DNA of 64,000 nt from assembly GCF_006345805.1 (NCBI RefSeq), contig NC_043007.1, positions 39,246,001 to 39,310,000 on the forward strand, read 5' to 3'. Under the pieces are notes generated by a model that was given only the letters and a program-made list of their open reading frames with translations, was not told the DNA's origin and did not search any database. Source of the stretch: Octopus sinensis. Its lineage: Eukaryota. Shown here piece after piece: positions 39,804-53,135 of this stretch; position 1 is the first letter of the stretch, and the number at the start of each line of letters is the position of its first letter. The translations under genes and the position numbers were made by a program.

Positions 39804-39971
39804 ATATATCAATTAAGATCAAAGAAGCATTTGTTTCTTTTCTAACTTGAAATGCAACAAGTCTTTCTTTCCAGCTTAACACAGACATACATGGAAGATA
39901 CCTATCTGTCTAGTAATCTTACTTGTCTGCAACTGTGAAAGAACTATGTTGAATATATCAAGTATATTTTT

Positions 39972-40205
39972 AAGGCGGCGAGCTAGCAGAACCGTTAGCG
40001 CGCCGGGCGAAATGCGTAGCCATATTTTGTCTGCCATTACGTCCTGAGTTCAAATTCCGTCGAGGTCGACTTTGCCTTTCATCCTTCCGGGGTCGATAAA
40101 TTAAGTACCAGTTACGCACTGGGGTCGATATAAACCACTTAATCCGTTTGTCTGTCCTTGTTTGTCCCCTCTGTGTTTAGCCCCTTGTGGGCAGTAAAGA
40201 AATAT
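39972..40205 (+). mobile_element. SINE family A
   Basis: Near-identical to the 11061 copy. Confidence 0.85.
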
Positions 40206-41004
40206 ATATTGAAAATGGACTCATTCATATTCTTACAACTTGGCCACCACACACACAACTCATTCATATTCTTACAACATGGCTATACACACGCATGCAC
40301 GGCATAGCTGTGTGGTTCAGAAGCACTTCTTTAGCCATTTGGCTTCAGATGCAATCTCATTGTATACCATCTTCTGCTACAGCCTTTGTTCGACCAATAT
40401 CTTGTAAGGTGAAATCTGATAAACAAAATGTGTACAGAAGGCCATTGCACATAGACACATGGCTGCAACTTGATTTTGAGACATGCTCTCACTTGATTGT
40501 TCTCTTAAGCATAACCAGCAAGTATGTGGCTTTTCAGTCCTGCAAGGGACCTACCCTCGTTTGCACAGATGTGAGCAATGTAAGCTACTTACCACACAGC
40601 CACTCCTGCGTGTATATATATATATATATACACACACATACATAAATACATACATGTATATATTTATGTGTGTGTTTGTGTGTGGTTGTCTCCCCGCCCC
40701 GCCATTCCTTGACAGCAGATGTTGGTGTGTTTACATCCCCGTAACTTAGAGTTCAGCAAAAGAGATTGATAGGAATAAGTACCAGGTTTACAAAGAATAA
40801 GTCCTGAGGTTGATTTCTTCAACTAAAACCCTTTAACACAGTGCTCCAGCATGGCCACAGTCAAATGACTGAAACTAGTTAAAAAAAAAAAAAGAATATA
40901 TATATATATATAATATATATATATATACATACACATACAAGTGTGTATGTGTGCACATGTATATATGTATACATGTGTTCGCATGGGTATGTGTGTATGG
41001 TATA

Positions 41005-41387
41005 TCTCTCTCTATATATAAAGCTGAAGTTGTCTCTGTATTGCAGGTTTGGTAGCCTTCAACCAACATTATCTCCTCCGAGACTCTGTGGCGCAAGTTG
41101 ACCAAAATTGAGAGTATGATAAAAGAAGGCTTGCTCTTCCTTCCGTAGAAAAAAAAATTCAAATCAGACCATGTTAACACCAAAAATTATTTACATCAAA
41201 AAGATGCTTTTTTCTATGAAAAGCCCGATTTTTTTACTGCTGTGTCGCCATTTTTTGGTGTATTTCAACCAGAAAAATGTTCACTTAAAGAGAATAACAA
41301 GCTACATAATACAAAATTTTTACTTTTCAAAAATTCCAATTCTAAAGGGTCGGAACAAACCCGAGCAACGCCAGGCGATACTGTTAG
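41005..41387 (+). mobile_element. Non-autonomous Helitron-like element B
   Basis: 5' A|TC..TCTATATATAAAGCTGAAGTTGT; 3' ACAAACCCGAGCAACGCCAGGCGATACTGTTAG|T. Same termini as 32541-33053. Confidence 0.7.
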
Positions 41388-41946
41388 TTTGTGATAAAAT
41401 GAAACTACCACTCCGTATTCCACATAATGTAAATCCTCAGGTAGAAATTAGCAAAACACTGAATTACTGGCATAGCCTACTATAATGTCCATCTACCAAA
41501 TTCCATGTCACAAATCTTGGGTAGAACACAAACCCCTGTCAGAAGACACTTGTCTCAGGTGCCATGCAATGAAATCGAAACCGGATCTTCACCATATGAC
41601 CATGTGCACCTATTTATAATTACACACATAATCATATATGAATATGTGCATTTGTGTGTATGTGTGTATGTGTGTGTGTGAGTGATATTTAAAACCCATA
41701 AAACTGTAAGACATTATCACACTTCTCATTATGTTTAATGGTACATTTGGCTAAATTTAGCCACGGAAAGCAATGTGTTTTGCCATTCTTAGCTAACAAA
41801 GAAATAACCAAAAGACCATCACTCTCACTCTCTCTCTTTCACTCCCTCTCTGTGTGTGTGTGTGCATGTGTATGTGTACACATATACACAGAAGAGAGAA
41901 AGTCTGTCTTGATATTTTTGTAGTCTTTATGTGTCTTATATATATG

Positions 41947-41996
<50 letters not shown>

Positions 41997-42222
41997 ACAT
42001 ACATATATACATATACATACACACACTCACACACACACACACGTGCGTGTGTATTGCTTCACGGATAATTTTTATATTTACATTGTCTTCAGATTATTTT
42101 AGTATATTTATACACATACTTTGTGTAAGGCTGATGAAGACCAGCGTGCATATTTGTGTTTGAGTATGTATATGTATGTGGGTATGCATATGTGTACATA
42201 AATACACAAATATATGTGTGCA

Positions 42223-42270
<48 letters not shown>

Positions 42271-42791
42271 GTAGCCTCTTATACCTAATAGCATGTTCAG
42301 CTTGGGATAATGCTTTCACCCTTCTTACAAACATCAAGAAAACAACTAGAGACCACACTAGACCACCACACACACACACACAAAATGTATTAAAACATCT
42401 TCTAAGCAGATTAATGTCTTGACACCGCTTCCTTCAGCTCGTCTTATGATCAATCCATTCCAACATAGATTCCTGCACATCTTTTGTTTGACTCACACCT
42501 CCATCACACCTCAGACGTATCCCAAACCCTTAAGTCTACTCAATCAAAAAGAAACCAAAAAAAAGTTTTAAAAAAAATCCACCCCTCCCTCACACAAATG
42601 AACACTAAAAAAACAATGTTTTATTAGTTATTTTTATATTCATTTCATTTTTTGTAACATCATATTTTATCTATTATTATCTTATTTTACCATTATTACC
42701 AACATCTTCATTATTTTTATTATTATTACTATTATTAATATTATATTTTGTCACACCGTTTTTATATATTTCATCGTTATTACTAACATGC

Positions 42792-42834
<43 letters not shown>

Positions 42835-43014
42835 TACTTATACACTTACAAGATAAAACATCAACACTTTGGTCCCCTCCACTATAACTTTCTTGCCACT
42901 ATAAAAGCTATAAAAAGGAGAAGATGAAGAAAAGAGAAGATTGTTTCAGTGCATAAAAAGAATTGTATATTCTAGAATAAAGTTCTTTAAGTATAATGTG
43001 TGCACATGTGTGCA

Positions 43015-44153
43015 TATCATCATCATCATCGTTTAATGTCCGTTTTCCTTGCTAGCACAGGTTGGACGGTTCGACCGGGGTCTGGGAACCAGTAGGATGC
43101 ACCAGGCTCAGTGTTTCTACAGCTGGATGCAATTTCCTAACACCAACCACTCTGTGAGTGTAGTGGGCACTTTTTACATGCCACCGGCACAGGTGCCAGG
43201 GGAAGCTGGCAGCTACCACAATTGGTTGGTGCTTTTTATGTGCCACCAGCACGGAAGCCAGTCAAGGCGGCGCTGGCATCAGCCACGTTCAGATGGTGCT
43301 TTTTACGTGCCACCGGCACAGGTATCCCAACTTCAATTTCCATTTGATATTTATCTTGATGTTGATGTACTTGACTCAATAGGTCACCTCAAGCACAGCA
43401 GGTCACCCTACGATCCAAGGTAAACACAGCAGGTCGTTCTGCAATCCAAGGTACTTTGGATGGGCTGGGGCTGCTATGCGAAAATGGTGCAGGAAACAGC
43501 CATGAACTCACGTTATTTGTCAGGTCTTTGCAGTCACAGCATATCTCCAGAGATCTCGGTCTTTCGTCATTGCCTCTGTGAGGCCCAGCGTTCAAAGGTC
43601 ATGCTTGACCACCTCATCCCATGTCTTCCTGGGTCTACCTCTCCCCCAGATTCCTTCAACTATTTAGGAGTGGCACTTCTTCACACATCTCTCCTTATCC
43701 ATACCAGCGCAAACATCTCTCTTGCACACCACATCTGATGCTTCTTATGTCCAGCATTTCTCTCAGGGCGCTCACACTCTGTTGTGTGAGCACACTGACA
43801 TTACACATCCAGCAGATCATGCTAGCTTCATTTCTTTCAAGCCTACGCATGTCCTCTGCAGTCACAGCACATGTTTTCCTGCCATGAAGCATGACAGTTC
43901 GCACACATGCGTCGTACAATCTACCTTTCACTCTGAGCGAGAGACCCTTTGTCACCAGTAGGGGTAGAAGCTTTCTAAACTTTGCCCAGGCTATTTGTAT
44001 TCTAGTGGTGACACCCTCTGAGCATCCACCTCCACTACTAACTTGGTCACCTAGGTAGCGGAAACTATCAACTACTTCTAGTTTCTCCCTCTGGAGTGTG
44101 ATGGAATCTGTTTTTTGAGTATCTGTGGTGTCTATTTGCACACCTCATTCTTC
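43015..44153 (-). mobile_element. 5'-truncated RTE-clade LINE (RT C-terminus, 3' UTR, (GAT)n tail)
   Basis: ORF 43695..44141(-): LEVVDSFRYLGDQVSSGGGCSE...AWAKFRKLLPLL.TKGLSLRVKGRLYDACVR, continuing GRGRPRKTWDEVVKHDL...KDRDLWRYAV. Ends in ...CGGACATTAAACGATGATGATG. Confidence 0.9.
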
Positions 44154-44368
44154 ACTAATGTATATGTATAAATCAAGTTATACATCACTCACCCTCTTTT
44201 TCTGGTGTGTGTGTATCTATGTGTGTATACAAATATGTCTGTGTGAATCTAATTGAATACATGGGGGTATATTTATATATGTGTGTGTATATATATACAT
44301 ACACATACATACAGATGTATGTGTATACAAACATGTCTGTGTAATTGAATACATGAGGGTATATATAT

Positions 44369-44418
<50 letters not shown>

Positions 44419-45783
44419 CACACATACACACACGTGTGTGCATGCATGTTTTTCTGAATGTGCATGAAAGCTTGTGCAAACATATATATATGTGTGTGTG
44501 TGTGTATACATTTGTTTTGACATATATATGTGTATAATATGCATGTGTGTGTGTGTGTCTTTACAGTTGTATTTGTATAAAAGCAACAATCAGTATGCTT
44601 GCGTGTATGGCTATGGATAGCAGTGCATGTATGTGCACTCGGAATATATAGAGGATCACGCTAACACACACACACCAAATGCATATTGTTCTGCCACTAG
44701 AATATCTTTCTAAATCCACCAATTCGGTTATTTATTAGCTGTTACAGCACTTGATAGATTCAGTAATCTTGTAAATGGTAAATAATGTTGTGTGTGTGTG
44801 TGTGTGTGTGTGTGCTTGTGTATGTTTCTTAAGGAAGAATGATTGTCTGGAACTAATGGCCCTTGACGGCTGGTTGGCCAGCCATGTGAAATATAAAGCC
44901 AAGTCTGGGTTGTCTAGAAAATAATCATTATCATCATCATAGTCGTCGTCATCATCACCATCATCATTGTTATCAGAGTAGTTGTCATCATCATCAATAT
45001 AATTACTTATTCTTCCACATCAGTGGGGGGAGGGGCTTTGAACAAGTTTGTTATGCACTGCAAGTGTTCTGTTATTATTGCTAATCTCCAAGTTAGCAGC
45101 AATCGAGGTGGCCCATGATCAAAGACACTCCAACCATGACCATCTTGTGTTGCTTTTTCCTTGTAATAGATGTAATGCACTCAAAGCTTGACTATTCAGT
45201 GTGTCCTTCCCAATTTTTAAGACACTTTGGTGTGATTTTGAGGATGAGTTAACTGTTATATTTAGCAGGTTGACTGACAAGACAGAAGCTTAGCTGAAAT
45301 GTGTGTGTGTGTGTGTCTGATGCAGGTATGTAGATGCATGTAGGGGTGTGTGGATTATGTAGGGGTGTATGGATGCATGTAGGGGTATGACAAGGGAAGA
45401 TGTAACAAAGCCAGAAGAGGACTGGCATTCATGTTCTCCAAAGACCACAGACTCAATTCCCAGACTAGTGAAAGTGATAGACTTGATGTCCAGTTAGGAC
45501 AAAGCACCATCTCAGGTACCTTGGTTCTTTACAACAGCATATGTGGCAGCTCAACACCTCAAGCCTGACTTTACTACCACCATCTTCCACCAACCCACAC
45601 TCCCACACATATATATACACACGATATATATATATATATATATATATCAGGTGTATTGTTTGCTTGGTGATAGGATCAGTAAAAAAATACTCATTCCAGC
45701 AAGAGATAGATATCAATTAATGAATGCAGGAGTAGCTCATGTATAACTCCTGTACTCATTAAATTTTACACACACACGTGTGC

Positions 45784-46625
45784 ATGGCTGTGTGGTAAGA
45801 AGCTTGCTTCCCAACCACATAGTTTCAGGTTCAGTCCCACTGTGTGGCACCTTGAGCAAGTGTCTTCTACTATAGCCTCAAGCTGACCAAAGCCTTGTGA
45901 GAGGATTTGATAGATGGAAACTGAAAGAAGCCTGTCGTATATACTCTTTACTCTTTTACTTGTTTCAGTCATTTGACTGTGGCCATGCTGGTGTACCGCC
46001 TTTAGTTGAGGAAATCGACCCTGGGACTTATTCTTTGTAAGCCCAGTACTTATTCTATCAATCTCTTTTGCTGAACCACTAAGTGACGGCGACGTAAACA
46101 CACCAGCATTGGTTGTCAAGCAATGCTAGGGGGACAAATACAGACACACAAACATATACACACACATACATGTATACATATATACGACAGGCTTCTTTCA
46201 GTTTCCGTCTACCAAATCCACTCACAAGGCATTGGTTGCCCCGAGGCTATAGCAGAAGACACTTGCCCAAGATGCCACACAGTGGGACTGAACTTGGAAC
46301 CATGTGGTTGGTAAGCAAGCAACTTACTACACAGCCACTCCTGCGCCTATATATATATGTATGTATGTATGTGTGGGCATGTTTGTGTGTATCTATGTAT
46401 GAGTGTCTTTGTGCCTGTGCTTGTCTCCTCCCCCACCATCACTGCTTGACAACCAGTGTTAGTGTGTTTACCTCCTCATAACTTAATGATTTGGCAAAAG
46501 AGATTGATAGAATAAGAACAAGGCTTTAAAAAACCCAGAAGTCCTGGGGGTCAATTTATTCAACTAAAACCCTTCAAGATGGTGCTCCAGCATGGCCGCA
46601 GTCAAATAGTTGGAACAAATAAAAG
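45784..46625. mobile_element. Nested SINE B pair: a minus-strand copy (45942-46349) inside a plus-strand copy
   Basis: Plus 5' half at 45784-45941, full minus copy at 45942-46349, plus 3' half resumes at 46350-46625. Confidence 0.85.
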
Positions 46626-46917
46626 AATAATATACATACGTTCATATAGATGTATGTATGTATGTGCAGGTGTATTTGGATGGTGCTTATTACATACCAC
46701 TAGTCAGGCAGCACTGTCATCAGCCACGTTCGGATGGTGCATTTTACATGCCACCAGCACAGGAACCAGTCAGGTCGAGGGGGCTGGCATTGACCACGTT
46801 CGGATGGTGCTTTTTACATTCCACTGGCACGGGGAGCCAGTCAAGTGACACTGACAACGACCCATGCATGAATAGTGCTTATTGCATGCCACCAGCTTGG
46901 GAGCCAATATATATGTG

Positions 46918-46966
<49 letters not shown>

Positions 46967-47095
46967 GTATATATATACATATATATATATAGTCTATATG
47001 TACATATATATATATATATATATATACATATACATACTAATATGTATATACATATTAATATATATATATATACATATATATAATATAGGTAGTAT

Positions 47096-47131
<36 letters not shown>

Positions 47132-47618
47132 CATGTATATATATACTATTATATATATACGTACAAGTAATATGTGCAAATTTAAGCAAGCATGCGCGAA
47201 TGTGTGTGTATGTGCATTGTGTAGTTAACACTGTGTACGAATATATATATATATATACATACGCACACACACACCCATATGTACAAGTATATGCATGCAT
47301 GCATGCAAGTGTAAACATGCATGTAAGCGTAAAATTGTAAAGTAATTGAGTGTGTGAGTGTATGTGTACATGTGTGCATGTATGTGTGTGTATGCGTGTT
47401 TGTATGTATGCACACAAACGTGAAATAAATGAAGCATCTGTGTATTTATGTGTACGTGCACCAGAGTGTAAAAACATCAAGTAATTAATTAAGTGTGTTT
47501 ATCCATGTGGATACATCATAATATACCGTACTAGTTTCTTAAGATGTTCTCGGAGAGAGACTGAGCAAACTGATGCAAAAATAATGTGAAAATAATTCAC
47601 TGATCAACAACAGGGGGT

Positions 47619-47650
<32 letters not shown>

Positions 47651-48491
47651 CAGAGGGAGGAAAATGTGATATAGCGATACAATAAAAAGAAAACAGAAGC
47701 ATTTTAACAAATCCACCCCAAACCCTTGCTAAAAAACAAGAAAAGGAGAAATAGTGATATAAAAAACAAACAAATTAAACCAGTAATTATGTATGAATGT
47801 ATGCATGTATGTATATAAATGGCATGCATATTCCTTTAGTCACTTACATGTTTGAGTTATTTGATTGCGGCCATGATAGAGCACTTCCTTAAAGAGTTTT
47901 AGGCAAAGAAATCTTTGATAGCCAAGTACTTATTCTATTAGTCTCTTTTGCCAAACTCTTATGTTATGGGGACATAAACACATCACCATGGGTCATCAAG
48001 CAATGGTGGGGGAACAAACACAAACACATATACATACACACACACACAAACACATATATACACACATACACACGCACACAAATACATATACATACACACA
48101 CACACATATATACATATGTATGTATCTACGATGGGCTTCTTTTAGTTTCCATCTAACAAATCCACTCACAAGGCTTTGGTCGGCCCGAGGCTAAAGTACA
48201 AGACACTTACCTAAGGCACCATACAGTGGGACCAGACACAGAACCATGTGGTTGGGAAGCAAGCTTCTTACCTCACAGCCACATGTTGCACATTATGGCT
48301 AGTCATGGCCAAAAAAAAGAACAAGACATTCAATGAAAAATTCCATGACAGAATGAAGGCATGTGTCAACATGGATGATAAGTGATTTGGAAAACCTGCT
48401 GCAAGTGGCGCACATCATTGCCACATGTGTGCAAAAGAGTGTATGCTCCTAAGCAGGACTGAAAAACCACAGCCATGATGCTTATGTTTAA

Positions 48492-48710
48492 CCCTTAAAC
48501 ATTTAGATTATTCAATTGTAATGCTTGTTTATTCAACTTGTCTTGAATTAATCATGCATTATCACGTAGCTGTGAGGTTTTGATGATGTGATTGCTTATT
48601 TACAGAATGATATTGTAGGATAGGTGTGAGAGGCAGCCAGCTCTTGTAAGTATGAACATGAAACGGGTAAAATATTTGGGCTGGATATGGTCAGTTTAAA
48701 TGCTAAAGGG
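48492..48710. mobile_element. piggyBac-type MITE family 2
   Basis: TTAA|CCCTTAAAC ... TGCTAAAGGG|TTAA. Shares the AATCATGCATTATC and GATATGG..AGTTTAAATGCTAAAGGG blocks with 28437-28657. Confidence 0.75.
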
Positions 48711-48974
48711 TTAAGAGAATAATCAACTGATGAAATAGCTTGAAATCAAGTTGTAACCATTATGCACTCTCTTTTACTTGTTTCAGTCATTTGACTGCGG
48801 CCATGCTGGAGCACCGCCTTTAGTCGAGGAAATCGACCCCAGGACTTATTCTTTGTAAGCCTAGTACTTATTCTATTGGTCTCTTTTGCCAAACTGCTAA
48901 GTTATGGGGAAGTAAACACACCAGCATCGGTTGTCAAGCAATGTTGATGGGGACAAACACAGACACACAAACAC

Positions 48975-49370
48975 TGGGCATTATGAATTTTCTTCCTTCT
49001 AGCATCCACTTCATAACGATTGTAGCAGGTCTCACCAGCAGTAATCAAGCACATGGCTAGTAAACCATATCCTCCACTTAGTTACCATGTCCTGCAAATT
49101 TCCCATGTCAGTTCTTCTCAATACTTTTTCATTTCTCACTCTGACTAGATGACTAGAACTGAATGTAGGCAATGTTGATGGGACACATCCAGTAACTGAG
49201 AGATCTTCGCTGTCTTCTTATAGGTTTCATAGCTTCATCTTCTTGCTTATGGTAAGTTATCTCTAAATTGGATATAGGAATTGGAATACTGACATTGCTT
49301 TACCTATCTTGGTCTTGACCTCAACTTCGGCATCAGCCTTGTTGGAAATGCAGCTTCCAGGATATATAGT
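48975..49370 (-). pseudogene. Degenerate RTE-clade RT C-terminal fragment
   Basis: Reverse strand reads YPGSCISNKADAEVEVKTKIGKAMSVF...LDV.HQHCL...RVRNEKVLRRT...RPATIVMKW. Confidence 0.6.
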
Positions 49371-49689
49371 TGAAATTTACAGAAAAACAAAAGATGAAGA
49401 GAGGTGTATAAACAACAAGCAGGTGTATTAGTTTAACACTCAGGAAGGTAAGAAAGTCTTTAATGTTATGAGCCTATGCTCTTCAGCAGAAAGGAACACG
49501 AAGAAATAAACAGAGAGAGAATAAAAAAAACTTGCGGATATATACACCTATTGACATACTCAGTTTTGTCTTGCCTGAGATTGACAAATTGTGATTGAGC
49601 ACTAGTGACAGACATGGATTTGGTCTTTTCAGCACTAATCCAGGAGATTAATCAATGTCAATAAAATAAAGTACTAGCTCAATACAGAT

Positions 49690-51365
49690 GGCTAACACCT
49701 TCCCATTAAAATTACTGGCCTTGTGCCAAAAATTCAAAACAATTATTAATTATTATTAAGTTGGCGAGCTGGCAGAATTGTTAGCATGCCAGACAAAATG
49801 CTCAGCAGAATTTCATCTGTCTTTATGTTCTGAGTTCAAAAAATTCCAGGAAGGTCAACTTTGCCTTTCATCCTTTCAGGGTCAATAAATTAAGTACCAA
49901 TTGCGTACTGGGGTCGATGTAATCGACTGGCCCCCTCCCCCAAAATTTAAGACCTTGTGCCTATAGTAGAAAGGATTATTATTATTATTATTATTATTAA
50001 GGTGGCAAGCTGGCCGAATCATTAGCATATAAGGCAAAACACTTAGCAGCATTTTGTCTGTCTTTACATTCTAAGTTCAAATTCCGCCAGGGTCAACTTT
50101 GCTTTTCATCGTTTGGGGTTCAATAAAGTAAGTACCAGTTGAACACTAGGGTCGATATAATCAACTTAGCCCCTTCCCTAAACCTGCTGGCCTTATGCCA
50201 AAATTCAAATCCATTTCTACGACAGGAAGGTAAGAAAGTCTTTAATGTTATGAGCCTATGCTCTTCAGCAGAAAGGAACACGAAGAAATAAACAGAGAGA
50301 GAATAAAAAAAACTTGCGGATATATACACCTATTGACATACTTAGTTTTGTCTTGCCTGAGATTGACAAATTGTGATTGAGCACTAGTGACAGACATGGA
50401 TTTGGTCTTTTCAGCACTAATCCAGGAGATTAATCAATGTCAATAAAATAAAGTACTAGCTCAATACTTATGAAATTCTGCTGAGCATTTTGTCTGGCAT
50501 GCTAACAATTCTGCCAGCTCGCCAACTTAATAATAATTAATAATTGTTTTGAATTTTTGGCACAAGGCCAGTAATTTTAATGGGAATAAGACAGTGGCAG
50601 GCTGGCAGAATCACTAGATCTTCAGACAAAATGCCCAGCATTATTTCTTCTGATTCATTACATTCTGAGTTCAAGTTCGATTGAAATCAACTGTTCCTTT
50701 CCCCACTTCAGGGTGGCAAAATAAAGTACCAGTCACATATTGGGATTGATGTAATTTGATTAATAGCCTCCCTCTAAAATTACTAGCCTTGCACCAAAAT
50801 TTTAAACAAATGGACGAAATGCTTAATAGTATTTCACCCCATTTCTACATTCTGAGTTCAAATTCTGCCGAGGCTGACTTTGCCTTTCATCCTTTCGGGG
50901 TTGATAAATTAAAATACCAGCAAAATTCTGGGGTCAGTGTAATCGACTAGTCCCCTCCTGCAAAACTTCAATCTAGTTAAATGTCCTTCTATCTCTGGGC
51001 TCAAATCTCATTGCCTTCCATTGTTCTGGGACTAGATAGAAAAAGTACAAAGGATGTAGACTTAATGAGGTTGCAGAGTTAATTAACGAGTGCATTAAAT
51101 AAATAAGTATCGAGGTTGATATAGTCAACTGCACCCCCTTCCTCAGCATTTCCTGGTTTTGTTTCTCAGTAAGACATGCCAATAGCAAGAATCGTTAGAG
51201 TGTTGTCAGGCAAGAAAATGCCTTCCAGTATTTACCTCGCCATGGTTGAGTTTGTCTTTCATCCAGCAGGGGGGCCAATAAAACAGAGTACCATTCAAGT
51301 ACTAGGGTCGACATTATCAACCATTCCCGCTCCCACCCCAGACATTTCTGTCCTTGTACCTATGT
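49690..51365 (+). mobile_element. Cluster of family-A-related SINEs with an alternative 3' end and (ATT)n tails
   Basis: Heads GG(T/C)GG(C/A)(G/A)AGCTGGC.GAA at ~49760, ~50000 and ~50598; central TTTGCCTTTCATCCTTTC domain; partial copies at ~50800-50970 and ~51185-51365. Confidence 0.7.
50223..50586. repeat. Recent local duplication: direct 245 bp plus inverted 117 bp
   Basis: 50223-50467 = 49441-49685 (one mismatch seen); 50470-50586 = reverse complement of 49700-49816 (no mismatch seen). Confidence 0.9.
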
Positions 51366-52127
51366 AAGAAAGTGCCACTGCTGGTGCTGCCATCACCACC
51401 AACTTTATGGCTTTGCTTCATAAGTTCTCCTTTTCTTATTGTAACCTTGTGGCAAATAGAGAAAGCATTCTTGCTATTCTAACTGCAGTTGCCATTATTA
51501 TTATTATTATTAAGGAGAAACAAGGAAAATAAAAATAAAATAATAAAAAGCTAACTCTGTCTCCTTCCAAGAAAAAGACATAACTTGAAGAAAGAAAAAA
51601 GAAAACAAAGCAAAAAGCACTTTTCAAAATAAAAGTTAAAAAAAAGACTATAAACAAAAACAAAATTTTTCGGTTTCTTTTACAAAATTAAATAAATGCA
51701 GACAATTAGGAAAGGAAAACGATGATTATAACCACAATACCATTGAGAAGTTTGAAGCAGAAACGATGTGGCTGGTGGTAGCGGTGGTGATGATGATGAT
51801 GACGATGATAACGACGATGACAATGGCTAGTGGTGGTGGTGGTGGTGGTGATGGTAGTGGGAGCAGAAGAGGTGAGAGCGAAAAATGAAGAAGAGTCTTA
51901 AAAATTAAAAATACCACAAAAAAAAAATTCAAAAAAGAAAAAAAATGTTAAAATATAAAATTTACAAAACTAAATGAATAAATAAATAAAAGATGAGGGA
52001 GGAAAAAAAAAAGATATCGACAATTATTATCAAGAGGTTTTCAAGTTTTCTTTAAATCATTTTAAATTGCTTTTCTGTTTGGAAACAAGATGAAAGGAAC
52101 TTTCTAGGCATTGCGCTGTTGTTTATA

Positions 52128-52141
52128 GTTGCTATGGCAAC
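52128..52141. promoter_or_regulatory. Candidate RFX X-box
   Basis: GTTGCTATGGCAAC, matching the established RFX consensus GTNRCYATRGYAAC; lies in unique, TE-free sequence. Function untested. Confidence 0.55.
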
Positions 52142-52384
52142 TGACGAGGTCGGCTCCAAGACATTGTTGGCCCAACATCATCACTTTTCTTCTTCTTACA
52201 GGCAAGGAAAGAAACAGCATAGCTGATTAAGAGTCTATTTGTGGGAGTGTGTGTGTGTGAGTGTGTGTAAACATACACATTTTTTTTTAAGATTTCAGTA
52301 ATCTCAAACACACAACATACACATTTAAGTATGTATGTATTATGTATGTATGTTGTCATACATACACACAGATGTGTGTGTATA

Positions 52385-52426
<42 letters not shown>

Positions 52427-52666
52427 CACACACACACATATGCACACATCCAGACATCTATACATACACACACACAAATCCAGACAACTACACACACACA
52501 CATCCAGACATTTATATATACACACACATCCACAGACATCTATACATACACACACACAAATTTATTTCTGTACATTTATGATAGAAAGATTATACATATG
52601 TATATATATATATATATATATACATATTTGCACATGCACACACACACTTACTCATGTGCATCAGCC

Positions 52667-52731
<65 letters not shown>

Positions 52732-53091
52732 TGTGTGTAAACATATGTATATACAAACACTCAAGCACAAAACAGAATTGCTTGCACAAGACTAACATAC
52801 AAAATACTTCTAGTTTTGATATACAAACACACATTATAAGTGTATGTGTGTGTGTGTGTGTAACCTTTACTACTTAGCTTCAAGTGCAGTTTGTTCATCA
52901 AAATATAAAAAAAAAGATAAGAAAAGGAAAGAAAAATATGGGGATGTAGATGTGGGGAACGATATTGTTGAGGCATGGAGGTATCAGGAAAATTATGTAT
53001 GTATCTATGTACATGAATGTATATACATGTGTGCAGATGCATATAAGTCCCCCACCCCATACACACACACATATATACATATGTGTGTGTG

Positions 53092-53135
<44 letters not shown>

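Larger units (their letters stand above)
37710..39879 (+). mobile_element. Mariner (DD34D-type) transposon with nested LINE and SINE insertions
   Basis: ~30-bp TIRs TTAAGTTGGAAATAAAGCCTTGTTGCATTT and (reverse complement) TTAAGCTGGAAAGAAAGACTTGTTGCATTT, 3 mismatches. Confidence 0.85.
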
